DNA of 61,647 nucleotides from assembly GCA_049509455.1 (NCBI GenBank), contig JBEKZX010000004.1, positions 1 to 61,647 on the forward strand, written 5' to 3'. Source of the DNA: Conexivisphaerales archaeon. GTDB taxonomy: Archaea > Thermoproteota > Nitrososphaeria > Conexivisphaerales > DTJL01. The first letter of the stretch is position 1, and the number at the start of each line of letters is the position of its first letter. Position numbers and translations under genes: made by a program. Shown in pieces: positions 23,508-32,910 of the stretch. The notes below the pieces were generated by a model. The model ran no database searches and had not been told where the DNA came from. It was given only the letters and a program-made list of their open reading frames with translations.

Positions 23508-24428
23508 ATGGAAGACCCGGCAGACAACATGCGGGTGCTCGTACCCTATCCGAACATCACAAGGGAGAACGCCATCGGCCGTGTCATCTTGACTCTCGAG
23601 AGGGCCATGGAGGGCAAGCTGACCTATCTCTTCGTGGACGGGCGCAACACCACGATAGTGCCGATCCCCAAACTGAAGACGCCATCGTACTTGTTCTTCG
23701 CTGGGCGGAGGATACGCTCCCTATCATACGATCTTGCCCACGTCCATCTTACAAAGTTAGTCAGGCTGATAAGGGGAAAACCAATCCTCCTGACGATCCA
23801 TGGCGACCCCTTCCTAGGGATGGGCCAGGAAGGACGGCGGTCAACGCTTCGCTCGATTTCGCGTGCTGATGTAGTGACCTGTGTCAACCCGGTGCAAGCC
23901 CAGGAAAACGGGTGGACTTGGGTCCCGAACTGCATAGACCCAGCCGAGGTCGCCCCTGTGCCAGCCGCCAATACGAGGACGATCCTCTTTGTCGGAAGGC
24001 GAGATCCCATAAAGGGGTACGAATTGTTTGCAGAAGCTACCAAGGGGATGGCAAGCGCCAAGGCATTGGGGTTGGACCGAGTCTCCCCCTGGGAGGAGGT
24101 GATATCCTACATGAAGAGCGCCGAATGTCTGGTCATACCTAGCGTGAGCGAGTACTTCTCCCTCGTAAGGCTGGAGGCCTGGGCTTGTGGATGCCCCGTG
24201 ATCGCGTCCAACATCTCCGAGCTGTCCGCTTTCGGTGACAAGGCCACCCTCTATGTGGAGCGTGATCCAGGGAGATTTCGCAATGCGATAACTGAGCTTC
24301 AGAATGACCCGCTGCTCAGGCAGAGGCTGGTCGCCGAAGGACGCAGGGAGGTTGAGGGTAGGTTCTACTACAAGAGAGTCGGCGAGCAGTACTTAGGCCT
24401 TTACCGCAGAGCCCTGGTACAGAAGTGA
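23508..24428 (+). CDS. Glycosyltransferase family 4
   Basis: LFVGR...KG, PS.SEYFSLVRLEAWACGCPVIAS. Confidence 0.88.
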   Translation: MEDPADNMRVLVPYPNITRENAIGRVILTLERAMEGKLTYLFVDGRNTTIVPIPKLKTPSYLFFAGRRIRSLSYDLAHVHLTKLVRLIRGKPILLTIHGDPFLGMGQEGRRSTLRSISRADVVTCVNPVQAQENGWTWVPNCIDPAEVAPVPAANTRTILFVGRRDPIKGYELFAEATKGMASAKALGLDRVSPWEEVISYMKSAECLVIPSVSEYFSLVRLEAWACGCPVIASNISELSAFGDKATLYVERDPGRFRNAITELQNDPLLRQRLVAEGRREVEGRFYYKRVGEQYLGLYRRALVQK

Positions 24429-24643
24429 CTCGGAGTCAGCTGGCCGAGCTGAGCTGAAGTGACAGTAAGACTGCAGGGGAAGAGCCGTTTGGCTTCCACT
24501 ATATTTCACCTTCAATCTTTCCCCCTCGAGGCTATCCGGGCGGCCTTCACAGTGGAAGGCCCGGAAGTCGGTCAGTCTCATGACGGCCGCGAGCAACACA
24601 GATATAACGCTCGAATCACGAGCTTCGTCTGGACGATGGGCAG

Positions 24644-25960
24644 ATGGGTCTAGAGGGCTATCGAGGCGCCTGTCTCAAGAAGTTAGAGTCTTTTGGCATC
24701 GCCGTGGGTGATCAGGTCAGGATAACCACCGACAGGGAGACGGTAGAGGGTGTCCTGATGCCTCGATACGAATTTGCTGACGACGAACATGTCGTCATCA
24801 AATTGAAGACCGGCTACAACACTGGCATCTCCGTCCTGAGGATCAAGGACATCAACCTGACTTCGAAGGGCGTGGAGCCATCCTTCCGGTCGCCTCCGAA
24901 GCCGAAGCTGGTCCCCGGTCTGCCCAAGGTCATGATAATAGGCACCGGCGGGACCATCGCCTCTCGCATCGACTACCGCACAGGGGGAGTCAGGCCGGCC
25001 TTGAGTTCGGAGGAGCTCTACTATCTAGTCCCGGAGCTCTCCTCGATAGCCGAAGTGGAGACCGAAGCCCTGTTCAGCATATACAGCGAAAACATGACCC
25101 CTCGTCGCTGGTCGGAGTTGGCTAAGCGCGTCGGGGAGGCAGTAAAGGGAGGCCATGACGGGGTCGTGATCACGCACGGCACGGACACGATGCACTACAC
25201 GGCTGCGGCGCTCTCGTTTGCGCTCGAGGGCCTCCCCATCCCCGTGGTGTTCGTGGGCTCGCAGCGCTCCAGCGATAGGCCTTCGTCCGACGCTGCGGCG
25301 AACCTAATCGGCGCCGTCAAGCTTGCCGCGAGCGGGAATGCATCCGGCGTTTTCCTCGTGATGCATGGAGGCCTCAGCGATGATGAGTTGGACGTCCATC
25401 TGGGGGTCCGCGTCAGGAAGGATCACTCGAGCCGTCGCGACGCCTTCGAATCGGTCAACTCGGCCCCTGTAGGCCACATCGGCCAGGAGGTACTCCTCAA
25501 GCCCGGGCTGCCGCCCAGGAGGAGTTCCTTGAAGGGATTCACCTGCATCCCCTCCTTCTCGGCGAAGGTCTCCATAATCAAGCTCCATCCGGGCTTCGAT
25601 CCTTCGTTGTTGAATTCCCTCGTCAAGGAAGGCTGCAGAGCGATCATACTCGAGGGCACGGGCCTGGGCCACGCTCCAAGCTCCGTCAACAAGGAGCTGA
25701 AAGCGGCCATCGACTTGGGGGTGTTCGTGGGGATGACCTCGCAGACCGTCTGGGGGAGCGTGAGGATGACGGTCTACAACACGGGAAGGGACCTCCTCCG
25801 AATGGGCGTCGTCCCGCTCGGGGACATGCTATCGGAGGTCGCCTTCGCCAAGGCCAGCTGGCTGGTCGGACAGGGCTTTGAGCCCCCGGAGATAGCATCC
25901 TTAATGGCCCGCAACCTACGGGGCGAGTTAGGCGTCAGGAGGCTGGTAAGGCGAAGATGA
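24644..25960 (+). CDS. gatD: Glu-tRNA(Gln) amidotransferase subunit D
   Basis: KLKTGYN, TGGTIASRIDYRTG, HGTDTM, GSQRSSDRPSSD. Confidence 0.96.
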   Translation: MGLEGYRGACLKKLESFGIAVGDQVRITTDRETVEGVLMPRYEFADDEHVVIKLKTGYNTGISVLRIKDINLTSKGVEPSFRSPPKPKLVPGLPKVMIIGTGGTIASRIDYRTGGVRPALSSEELYYLVPELSSIAEVETEALFSIYSENMTPRRWSELAKRVGEAVKGGHDGVVITHGTDTMHYTAAALSFALEGLPIPVVFVGSQRSSDRPSSDAAANLIGAVKLAASGNASGVFLVMHGGLSDDELDVHLGVRVRKDHSSRRDAFESVNSAPVGHIGQEVLLKPGLPPRRSSLKGFTCIPSFSAKVSIIKLHPGFDPSLLNSLVKEGCRAIILEGTGLGHAPSSVNKELKAAIDLGVFVGMTSQTVWGSVRMTVYNTGRDLLRMGVVPLGDMLSEVAFAKASWLVGQGFEPPEIASLMARNLRGELGVRRLVRRR

Positions 25961-27873
25961 AGGACGCGTCTTTCCCCTTTGATCCGAAGAAGATCGACCT
26001 GAAGGTCGGCCTTGAAATCCACCGCCAGCTGAACACCGGAAGCAAGCTCTTCTGCAGCTGCGGTCAAAAGAAGGAGGACGGCGAGAAGACCTTCCGGAGG
26101 CGGCTGCGGCCCAGCCAGAGCGAGCTCGGAAAGGTGGACCCGGCGGCCCTGTTCGAAGCCAGCAAGAACCTCTGGCTCAATTACTACGCAGGCGCCGACT
26201 CGAGTTGCTTAGTCGAAGCCGACGAAGAGCCTCCGCACGACCTGAACCAGGAGGCGCTGGAGAGCTGCATCATGATCTCCTCCCTCTTCTCGTCGGACAT
26301 CGTCGACGAGGTCCATGTAATGCGTAAGATGGTCATCGACGGCAGCAACACGACCGGCTTCCAGAGGACGATGGTGGTGGCCCTGGGAGGGACGTTGAAG
26401 ACGGCCGTGGCCGACGTGCCTATACTTTCCGTCACTCTCGAGGAGGACGCTGCCAGGAACCTGGGAGAGAGAGAGGGAGAGAGGGATTTCTCCCTAGACA
26501 GGCTGGGAATCCCACTCATCGAGCTTTCGCTGGCGCCCGTCACGGCGAAGCCGATGCAGGTCCAGGAAATCGCGGGAGAGATCGGCAAGGTCCTGAAGGC
26601 GACGGGGAGGGTGGACAGGGGCCTGGGCACCATCAGGCAGGACATCAACGTATCCGTCAGAGGGGGGGAGGTCATAGAAGTGAAGGGGGTCCAGCAGCTG
26701 GACCTCGTGTCGCAGGTGGTGGACTACGAGGCGAAGAGGCAGCTCTGGCTCCTCGACTTGGCATCTCTGCTCAAGAAGGAGGGAGCTCATCCATCAAAGG
26801 TGGAGTTCTCCCCTAAGGACTGCACAGGGGTCTTCTCTTCGACCCAGAGCAAGCTGGTGAGCTCCGGCCTGAAGAAGGGGAGGGTCTTCGCCATGAAGGC
26901 GCCGGGCTTCGCCGGCCACCTTTCGGAGGAGCCTTATCCCGATACAAGGCTGGGTCGCGAATTGGCGGACATCGCCAGGTTCTTCAAGCTGGGCGGCCTC
27001 CTGCACTCCGACGAGCTCCCCGGCTATGGCGTGACCGACGACGAAGTAAGGGAGGTCAGGGAGCTCCTCGGCTGTGGCCCCGTCGATGGCTTCATCCTCC
27101 TGATCGGAGAGGAGTCGCGTGCCCTCCTGTGTCTGAGGTCCATAACGGGCAGGCTGAGGCAGGCCTTCGTCGGGCCGCCTGCCGAAACCAGAGGTCCCAT
27201 GACCGACGGGGGGACGAGATTCATCAGGCCGCGGCCTGGCTCGGCGAGGATGTACCCGGAGACGGACATACCACCAATACCCATCAACGCCGAGCTGGTG
27301 CACGGCGCGTCAAAGAAGCTTCCCCCTCCTTGGGACGAGCAAGTCCGCAGTCTGATGGCCAAGCACGGGCTCGGCGAAGAGCAGGCCGACCACCTGTTGG
27401 ACTCGGAGTACTACATTCTCTTCGAGAAGGTCGTGGGGGAGACGGAGCTAGCGCCGACGTTCGTGGCCTCCTTTCTAACTGAGAGCGTCGTCAGCCTGGG
27501 CCGGGAGGGGCTCGACGTAGGGTACCTGGACCAAAGCCTGCTGGAGGAGCTTCTGCTCAGAATAGGAAGGGGGGACATCGCCAAGGAGGCGGCGCCCGCC
27601 GTCCTGAGGATCATCCTTTCCAAGAAGGCGAAGGGCATAGAGGAAGCAGCAAGATTCCTTCACCTAGGCGCGATGTCGTCCGGAGAGCTCTCGGCCCTGG
27701 TAGCAGAAACGATTCGAGAGAACTCCCAGATCGTGCAATCCAAGGGCTCGGAGTCGTTCGGCCTCCTGATGGGCAGGGTGATGTCCAAGGCCAGGGGGAA
27801 CGTGGACGGCGCTAAGGTCAGCGCCGAGCTGAAGCGGCAGCTCCAGAAAGCCGTGACGAAAACATCGAAGTAA
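25957..27873 (+). CDS. gatE: Glu-tRNA(Gln) amidotransferase subunit E
   Basis: GLEIHRQL, DEEPPH, IDGSNTTGFQRT, RPRPGSARMYPETD; ATGA overlap with gatD. Confidence 0.96.
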   Translation: MKDASFPFDPKKIDLKVGLEIHRQLNTGSKLFCSCGQKKEDGEKTFRRRLRPSQSELGKVDPAALFEASKNLWLNYYAGADSSCLVEADEEPPHDLNQEALESCIMISSLFSSDIVDEVHVMRKMVIDGSNTTGFQRTMVVALGGTLKTAVADVPILSVTLEEDAARNLGEREGERDFSLDRLGIPLIELSLAPVTAKPMQVQEIAGEIGKVLKATGRVDRGLGTIRQDINVSVRGGEVIEVKGVQQLDLVSQVVDYEAKRQLWLLDLASLLKKEGAHPSKVEFSPKDCTGVFSSTQSKLVSSGLKKGRVFAMKAPGFAGHLSEEPYPDTRLGRELADIARFFKLGGLLHSDELPGYGVTDDEVREVRELLGCGPVDGFILLIGEESRALLCLRSITGRLRQAFVGPPAETRGPMTDGGTRFIRPRPGSARMYPETDIPPIPINAELVHGASKKLPPPWDEQVRSLMAKHGLGEEQADHLLDSEYYILFEKVVGETELAPTFVASFLTESVVSLGREGLDVGYLDQSLLEELLLRIGRGDIAKEAAPAVLRIILSKKAKGIEEAARFLHLGAMSSGELSALVAETIRENSQIVQSKGSESFGLLMGRVMSKARGNVDGAKVSAELKRQLQKAVTKTSK

Positions 27874-27954
27874 ATGACTACTTAAGGACCTGTGTTCTCC
27901 TTTCGTAGTCTTCACAGGAAACTGTTATATCGGCATTCTCCAGTCTTGTTTACG

Positions 27955-28497
27955 ATGTCTTCTGACAACGTAAGGGTCAGGGTCAAGGTTGGTGCAAACG
28001 AAGTTGAAATCGAGGGTCCGAAGGACTCCCTGAAGGACCTCATCGAGCTGGTCCCTGCCATTGTCGAAGGGATGGCGTCTGAGAAACCATTGTCGATCCC
28101 TCCTCCCGTCGCTCTGGCTCAACCTCCGGCTACCGTGCAGGCCCAGCAGGCGACCCTTCAGGACCTCCCCGAGCTCAGGGTGGAGAAGGGCGAATCGCTC
28201 CCCAGCATCATGACGAAGCTCTTCGGCTCCTCGTGGGGGAGGACCCCTAGGCGCCTCCTCGAGGTAAAGGGAGCCCTCGAGTCCTTCGGCCTCGTGTATC
28301 CAAGGCAGTCCGTGGCCGTGGCGCTGCTCCGGCTGGCACAGGAGGGGAAGCTCAGGAGGTTCAAGGGCCCCGATGGCGACTTCCTGTACACCTCCTCCAC
28401 GAGCCTCTTGCAGTCAGGCGCCGAGTACCAACAGGCCGCCCAGCAGGAGCCCGCTTCGACTCCACCCGTCTCTGACACCTCGGTCGCCGGCCCGTGA
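27955..28497 (+). CDS. Small protein with beta-beta-alpha N-domain, P/Q linker and C-terminal winged helix (paralog A)
   Basis: VRVRVKVGANEVEIEGP; C-domain aligns by eye with 29115-29513. Confidence 0.8.
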   Translation: MSSDNVRVRVKVGANEVEIEGPKDSLKDLIELVPAIVEGMASEKPLSIPPPVALAQPPATVQAQQATLQDLPELRVEKGESLPSIMTKLFGSSWGRTPRRLLEVKGALESFGLVYPRQSVAVALLRLAQEGKLRRFKGPDGDFLYTSSTSLLQSGAEYQQAAQQEPASTPPVSDTSVAGP

Positions 28498-28625
28498 CGC
28501 AGAAAAGGGAGTCCGCCGTCATCCAGGCGGGCAACCTCCTCCCGCTGTTGCGCAAGTCTTTTAACAGCGAGCGAGGGCACTACATCGCAAGACGTCGCGA
28601 TCTAGAAACAATGAGGTTTTGAGAT

Positions 28626-29123
28626 TTGTCTGAGAAAAGGGAAGTCCGCGTTCACATCAACTTCGATGGCTTCGAGGCCGACCTGATCGGCACGCCGCAG
28701 GAGGTCGCCGTCAGCTTCAACAATCTGATGACAAAGCAGATACCCGCACTCGAGCTGGCGCAGACCCTCATGCTGAACTACTCCCTCTCTGAACTCACGA
28801 ACATCTTCCAGGACTATGTGCGCATGACGCCTGAAGGCCCCCGCGTTATCACCGACGCCAAGCTCAGCGACAAGATGCTGCTTGCCCTCCAGCTGGTGTC
28901 GCTGAAGATAGGCTTGGAGGCGGCCAAACTCAGTTCGGACAAGGCCACCCTTCAGGACCTTGAGCGCCTTACGGGGCTCAACCCGAAGAGTATAAGCTCT
29001 AGGTTGAGCGAGATGACGAAGGCCGGCCACGCCGACCGGCTTGCCTCCGACAACGGCGTCTTCTACTATATCACGACGACCGGCGTCAACTGGCTGGCCA
29101 AGTCCCTCGGGAAGCTAGGCTAG
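28626..29123 (+). CDS. Small winged-helix protein with a similar N-domain (paralog B)
   Basis: VRVHINFDGFEADLIG; TLQDLERLTGLNPKSISSRLSEMTKAG...YYITTTG. Confidence 0.8.
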   Translation: MSEKREVRVHINFDGFEADLIGTPQEVAVSFNNLMTKQIPALELAQTLMLNYSLSELTNIFQDYVRMTPEGPRVITDAKLSDKMLLALQLVSLKIGLEAAKLSSDKATLQDLERLTGLNPKSISSRLSEMTKAGHADRLASDNGVFYYITTTGVNWLAKSLGKLG

Positions 29124-29513
29124 GGAGTTCTCCGGAGGCTTCTTCTGCACGTAGCGGTAACTACGAGGAGTCCCGTCCCTGCTCAAGGTGCCTTCCCTGA
29201 CGAGATCGGTCAGGCTGTGAGAGATGGCCGTCTTGTCGTAGTGGTACCCCATCCTTGCCAGCTCCTCGTCCACCTCCGATAGGCTCCGCAGCGTCGCGAA
29301 CCACGATTCGCCCCAGAGCTTCTCCAGGAGCGTCTTGCACGTCACTCCCCGATCGGTCTTCTCTCGCGCGAAGAGGCCGCCTTCGCCGGGGCCTGTGGCG
29401 TTCAGCCCGGCTAGTACCTTCGCTATGACCTCCGACACGCGGTCTTCGGGGGCGTCCACTTCGACCTCCCATCCGCCACGCTTAAGCTTGATGTGTATGA
29501 CGGTGGAGCTCAA
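29115..29513 (-). CDS. Small winged-helix protein (paralog C)
   Basis: IHIKLKRGGWEVEVDAP; RSLSEVDEELARMGYHY...LTDLVREGTLSR. Confidence 0.8.
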   Translation of the reverse strand: MSSTVIHIKLKRGGWEVEVDAPEDRVSEVIAKVLAGLNATGPGEGGLFAREKTDRGVTCKTLLEKLWGESWFATLRSLSEVDEELARMGYHYDKTAISHSLTDLVREGTLSRDGTPRSYRYVQKKPPENSLA

Positions 29514-29594
29514 CGCCGAGTCCCCTTATTGTTGAACACAATCAAGTTGCGCAACATTTATTTAGCCTACCAGCCTGTACTGTTGTTGGTCAAG

Positions 29595-30617
29595 TTGAAC
29601 AAGCAATTAAATGTTATCCTCTCTTCGCCCGCCGTCAACAGGTTCGGAGAGCTCTCGGCCAACAGCTTCTCCGAGCTGGATGGCAAGAAGCTTGTTCTGG
29701 TCAGGAGCGGCGAAGATTTGGAGCCCATCAAGGGCTGGAGGAGCGCTGGGGACGCAGTCGAGATTCACCCCATCCAGCCGAAGGGCAGAAGAAGAGATGT
29801 CGCCGCGCTGGACTCGAGCGTCATCCAGATCGCGGAGACGGAGGACGGCGCGGTGTACGCTGCCAAGGCCTCTCTGGCCTTCAACATAGGTGGCGCGAAG
29901 AACTCCGTTGTGGTCGGCCCCAGTGTAATCTACGTGGGCGACGACAGTGTCCAAACCCTGCTCGGGCTGCTGGAGAAGCCTGTGCCCAGGCGACTCATCC
30001 TTTCGGACGCCGGGATGGCCATGAGGCTAATCCGGGTCCTGATGGAGAGAGTGCTTGCGCATGAAGTCTCCACCAGCCTCGAGCAAGGGTTATTGCTTCT
30101 TGACGGCTCCCTGAAACCCTCGGTGTTCGAGCCCAGGGGGAGCACCCTGAAGTCCCTCGTCGATGTGTGCGACGGCGAGCTCATCCTCCTCGCGGGCATT
30201 GCCAAGAGCACGAAGCTAAAGGTGCTGCAGGGGATAGAGAGCCAGCTGTTCGAGGACGGGGTCCCTCCCTCCTATGTTGACATCACGCAGCACGTCAGGC
30301 TCTTCGTGGCCGACCTACTCGGGAAGTCTTACCTTACAAAGCTGACGTCCGATGGCCTGCCCTTCCGCGTGGACCTGACGAGGTCGGAGGACCCCGACGA
30401 GGTCCTCTCCACCATCAGCGAAAGCGACCTGCTCGTGAGAGGGTATCCGGAGACGTTGAGGGCTGCACACTTCCTTTCGATATTCTCCGAGGCCGAGGAG
30501 GCGGTGGTCAAGAGCCAGCTCACGAGGAAGGCCAAGGTCACGGTCCTCCCCTCTGACAGCCTGCGGAAGACCGTCCTCGGTCCACTGACCATGTCCAAGA
30601 GGCGAGGGGCGAGCTGA
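29595..30617 (+). CDS. nurA: NurA-family nuclease (start uncertain)
   Basis: VAALDSS, LLLDGSL, GIAKST, GYPETLRAAH; coupled to a HerA-type ATPase gene. Confidence 0.8.
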   Translation: MNKQLNVILSSPAVNRFGELSANSFSELDGKKLVLVRSGEDLEPIKGWRSAGDAVEIHPIQPKGRRRDVAALDSSVIQIAETEDGAVYAAKASLAFNIGGAKNSVVVGPSVIYVGDDSVQTLLGLLEKPVPRRLILSDAGMAMRLIRVLMERVLAHEVSTSLEQGLLLLDGSLKPSVFEPRGSTLKSLVDVCDGELILLAGIAKSTKLKVLQGIESQLFEDGVPPSYVDITQHVRLFVADLLGKSYLTKLTSDGLPFRVDLTRSEDPDEVLSTISESDLLVRGYPETLRAAHFLSIFSEAEEAVVKSQLTRKAKVTVLPSDSLRKTVLGPLTMSKRRGAS

Positions 30618-32131
30618 AGATACTCGAAAAGCAGGGGGACGAGATTCGCATCCTCACCATGCCTGAGGAGGACTTCAAGAAGGGTGACTACGTCAAGATC
30701 TCGGACGAAAAGGAGGGGCGCTCTTTAATCGTCCAAGTCTACGATGATGCCTACCTAGACTCCATGGGGATCCAAGAGGAGATGCTCAGGGACGAGCTCT
30801 TCGCCAACACCGAGCTGGTCCACAGCGACCCCCTCCAGCTGAACAGCATCTCCTACATGATCAAGGACGCGAAGGTCCTAAGATGCAAGATCAGGTGCGC
30901 GGTGGAACGGGGCATCGCGCTCCCCGACATGGGCTGGCTTCCCAGCAGAAGTAACAGCCGAATTGCCAGGCTACCCCTTCCGGAGCTCTACTCCCTCATG
31001 GGGCGCCGGGGCGGGAGACCGATACGGCTGGGCAGCACCCTTTCAGGTGAGGAGTTCCACATCAACGCGGAGGACCTCGACGGCCGGCTCACCATCATTA
31101 CGGGAAGGAAAGAGGCGGGAAAGTCGCATATCGCCAAGCTACTCGCCACGGGGCTCCTGGACTACGGCGCCTACCTCTTGATCTTCGACCTAAACAACGA
31201 GTACGGGGGGCTTTCCTTCTCCCGGGACGGCACCGCCAGCCCGTACGCCGACAAGGTGAAGGTGCTCCAGCCCGGGCACAACCTCAAGTTCACCATCAGG
31301 TACCTCGGCAGGCGCATAATGCTGGACATCTTCCAGAACGTGCTTGAGGTGCCGGGCGCCACCCTCAGAGAGTTCCTGCGGATCTGGGACTATCTGGAGA
31401 GCTCTGGGAAGATCACCCTCAAGGACATGGAGGAGGTCATCCAGCACTGGCACTGCAACGAGCTGGTCAGGGACGCCCTCCTCTCAAGATACTACAGCCT
31501 CCTTTCATCCGGCATCTTCACAGACTCGGACAGGTATGAGGTGCGGCTAGAGGACCTCTACTCCGCCAGGCCAGAGGGCGGAGCCGTCATCATCTCCATG
31601 GCCGGCGTCAATCCGTTGGCTAGACGCATGATCGTCGAGGCCCTGCTGGCGAAGGTCGTGGAGACGCTGGAACAGAGGATCCTCCCTCCCATCTTCCTTA
31701 TCGCCGAGGAGGCGCACCTGTACCTTCGGCAGACCTACTGGGAGGACCTCATCACGAGGATGCGCCACTATGGGGTCTTCACGGTGTTCGTCACCAACCA
31801 GCCTGATGCGCTAGGCATCGGCGTGTACAGGCAGGCCGACAACGTCTTCCTCTACAACTTCACCAACGACCGCGACCTTGAAACGGTATCTCAGGCCTCT
31901 ATGACCGACGCCCAGACGGTCAAGAGCATCGTAAGGTCTCTCCCTCCACGTCAATGCCTGATGCTGGGCAAGGCCGTCGGCGACTTGCCGGTGGTACTTC
32001 AGGTGAGGGACGCAGCTTTCCAGGTGCTGGGCTTCACTCGCCTCTTCTTCCCGATCCAGCAGGCCATCGAGAAGAAAGCCATCAGGCAGGAGGACTGGGG
32101 TTTGGGGGAACCGCACAAGCATCTTGAATGA
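30614..32131 (+). CDS. herA: HerA/FtsK-family ATPase (DUF87); possible CTG start overlapping the nurA stop, first ATG at 30659
   Basis: GRKEAGKS, IFDLNNEY, IAEEAH, RMRHYG, VTNQP. Confidence 0.85.
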   Translation: MKILEKQGDEIRILTMPEEDFKKGDYVKISDEKEGRSLIVQVYDDAYLDSMGIQEEMLRDELFANTELVHSDPLQLNSISYMIKDAKVLRCKIRCAVERGIALPDMGWLPSRSNSRIARLPLPELYSLMGRRGGRPIRLGSTLSGEEFHINAEDLDGRLTIITGRKEAGKSHIAKLLATGLLDYGAYLLIFDLNNEYGGLSFSRDGTASPYADKVKVLQPGHNLKFTIRYLGRRIMLDIFQNVLEVPGATLREFLRIWDYLESSGKITLKDMEEVIQHWHCNELVRDALLSRYYSLLSSGIFTDSDRYEVRLEDLYSARPEGGAVIISMAGVNPLARRMIVEALLAKVVETLEQRILPPIFLIAEEAHLYLRQTYWEDLITRMRHYGVFTVFVTNQPDALGIGVYRQADNVFLYNFTNDRDLETVSQASMTDAQTVKSIVRSLPPRQCLMLGKAVGDLPVVLQVRDAAFQVLGFTRLFFPIQQAIEKKAIRQEDWGLGEPHKHLE

Positions 32132-32192
32132 CGGCAGGTGTCCAATGTTCTTCAGGCAAATGTTAAATAGAAAACCGGAATAACGAAGCTAT

Positions 32193-32897
32193 ATGGCAGA
32201 ATCGACCGACGAACTCGCCATAAACATCGCCGGCGAGCTAACGGTCAGCGCCAGCCCAGGGAGGTCAATGAAGCTATGGCGAGAGAAGGGTCGAATCAGC
32301 CAGGCCCAGTTGGCGCGGGCAATGGGCGTCTCCCCTTCGGTCCTCAGTGACTACGAGAACGGGCGCAGGCATTCCCCCGGTGCAATGTTTCTCAAGAGGT
32401 TCGTCGACTCCCTCATCTCCCTCGACAAGCAGGGAAACCGCCTCCTCACCAGCAAGCCCGCCCAGATGGACTCCGGCGCCATCCTCGGCATCGGCGAATA
32501 CGCCATGCCCGTCACCACGAGCAAGATCATCGAGGAGCTGGGAGCCAAGGTTCTCACCGGGGAGGAGCAGCTGGACAGGCTCGTCTTCGGCTATACGGTC
32601 CTCGACAGCATAAGGACTATATCCTCCTTGTCAGGCGTCGAGTTCTACAAGATCTATGGCAAGAGCACGGAAAGGGTCGTGGTGTTCACCCAGGTGGGCC
32701 TGGGCCGGAGCCCCATGGTCGCCATTCGCGTGTCGCAGCTCAAGCCCAGAGTAGTCATCATCCATGGCCTGGAGCAGCTGGACCAGCTCGCCGTCCAACT
32801 GGCCGCCAAGGAGCGTATCGTCCTCGCGGTCTGCTCCAAGGGCACCGCAAGGCAGCTCGTGGAGAAGCTGGCCTCCTTCGGCGAGACAAAGGCTTAA
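32193..32897 (+). CDS. XRE-type HTH regulator, archaeal COG1709-like
   Basis: IAGEL..S..PG, SQAQLARAMGVSPSVLSDYENGRR, GRSPMVAIRV. Confidence 0.85.
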   Translation: MAESTDELAINIAGELTVSASPGRSMKLWREKGRISQAQLARAMGVSPSVLSDYENGRRHSPGAMFLKRFVDSLISLDKQGNRLLTSKPAQMDSGAILGIGEYAMPVTTSKIIEELGAKVLTGEEQLDRLVFGYTVLDSIRTISSLSGVEFYKIYGKSTERVVVFTQVGLGRSPMVAIRVSQLKPRVVIIHGLEQLDQLAVQLAAKERIVLAVCSKGTARQLVEKLASFGETKA

Positions 32898-32910
32898 GAA
32901 TTATCGAAAG

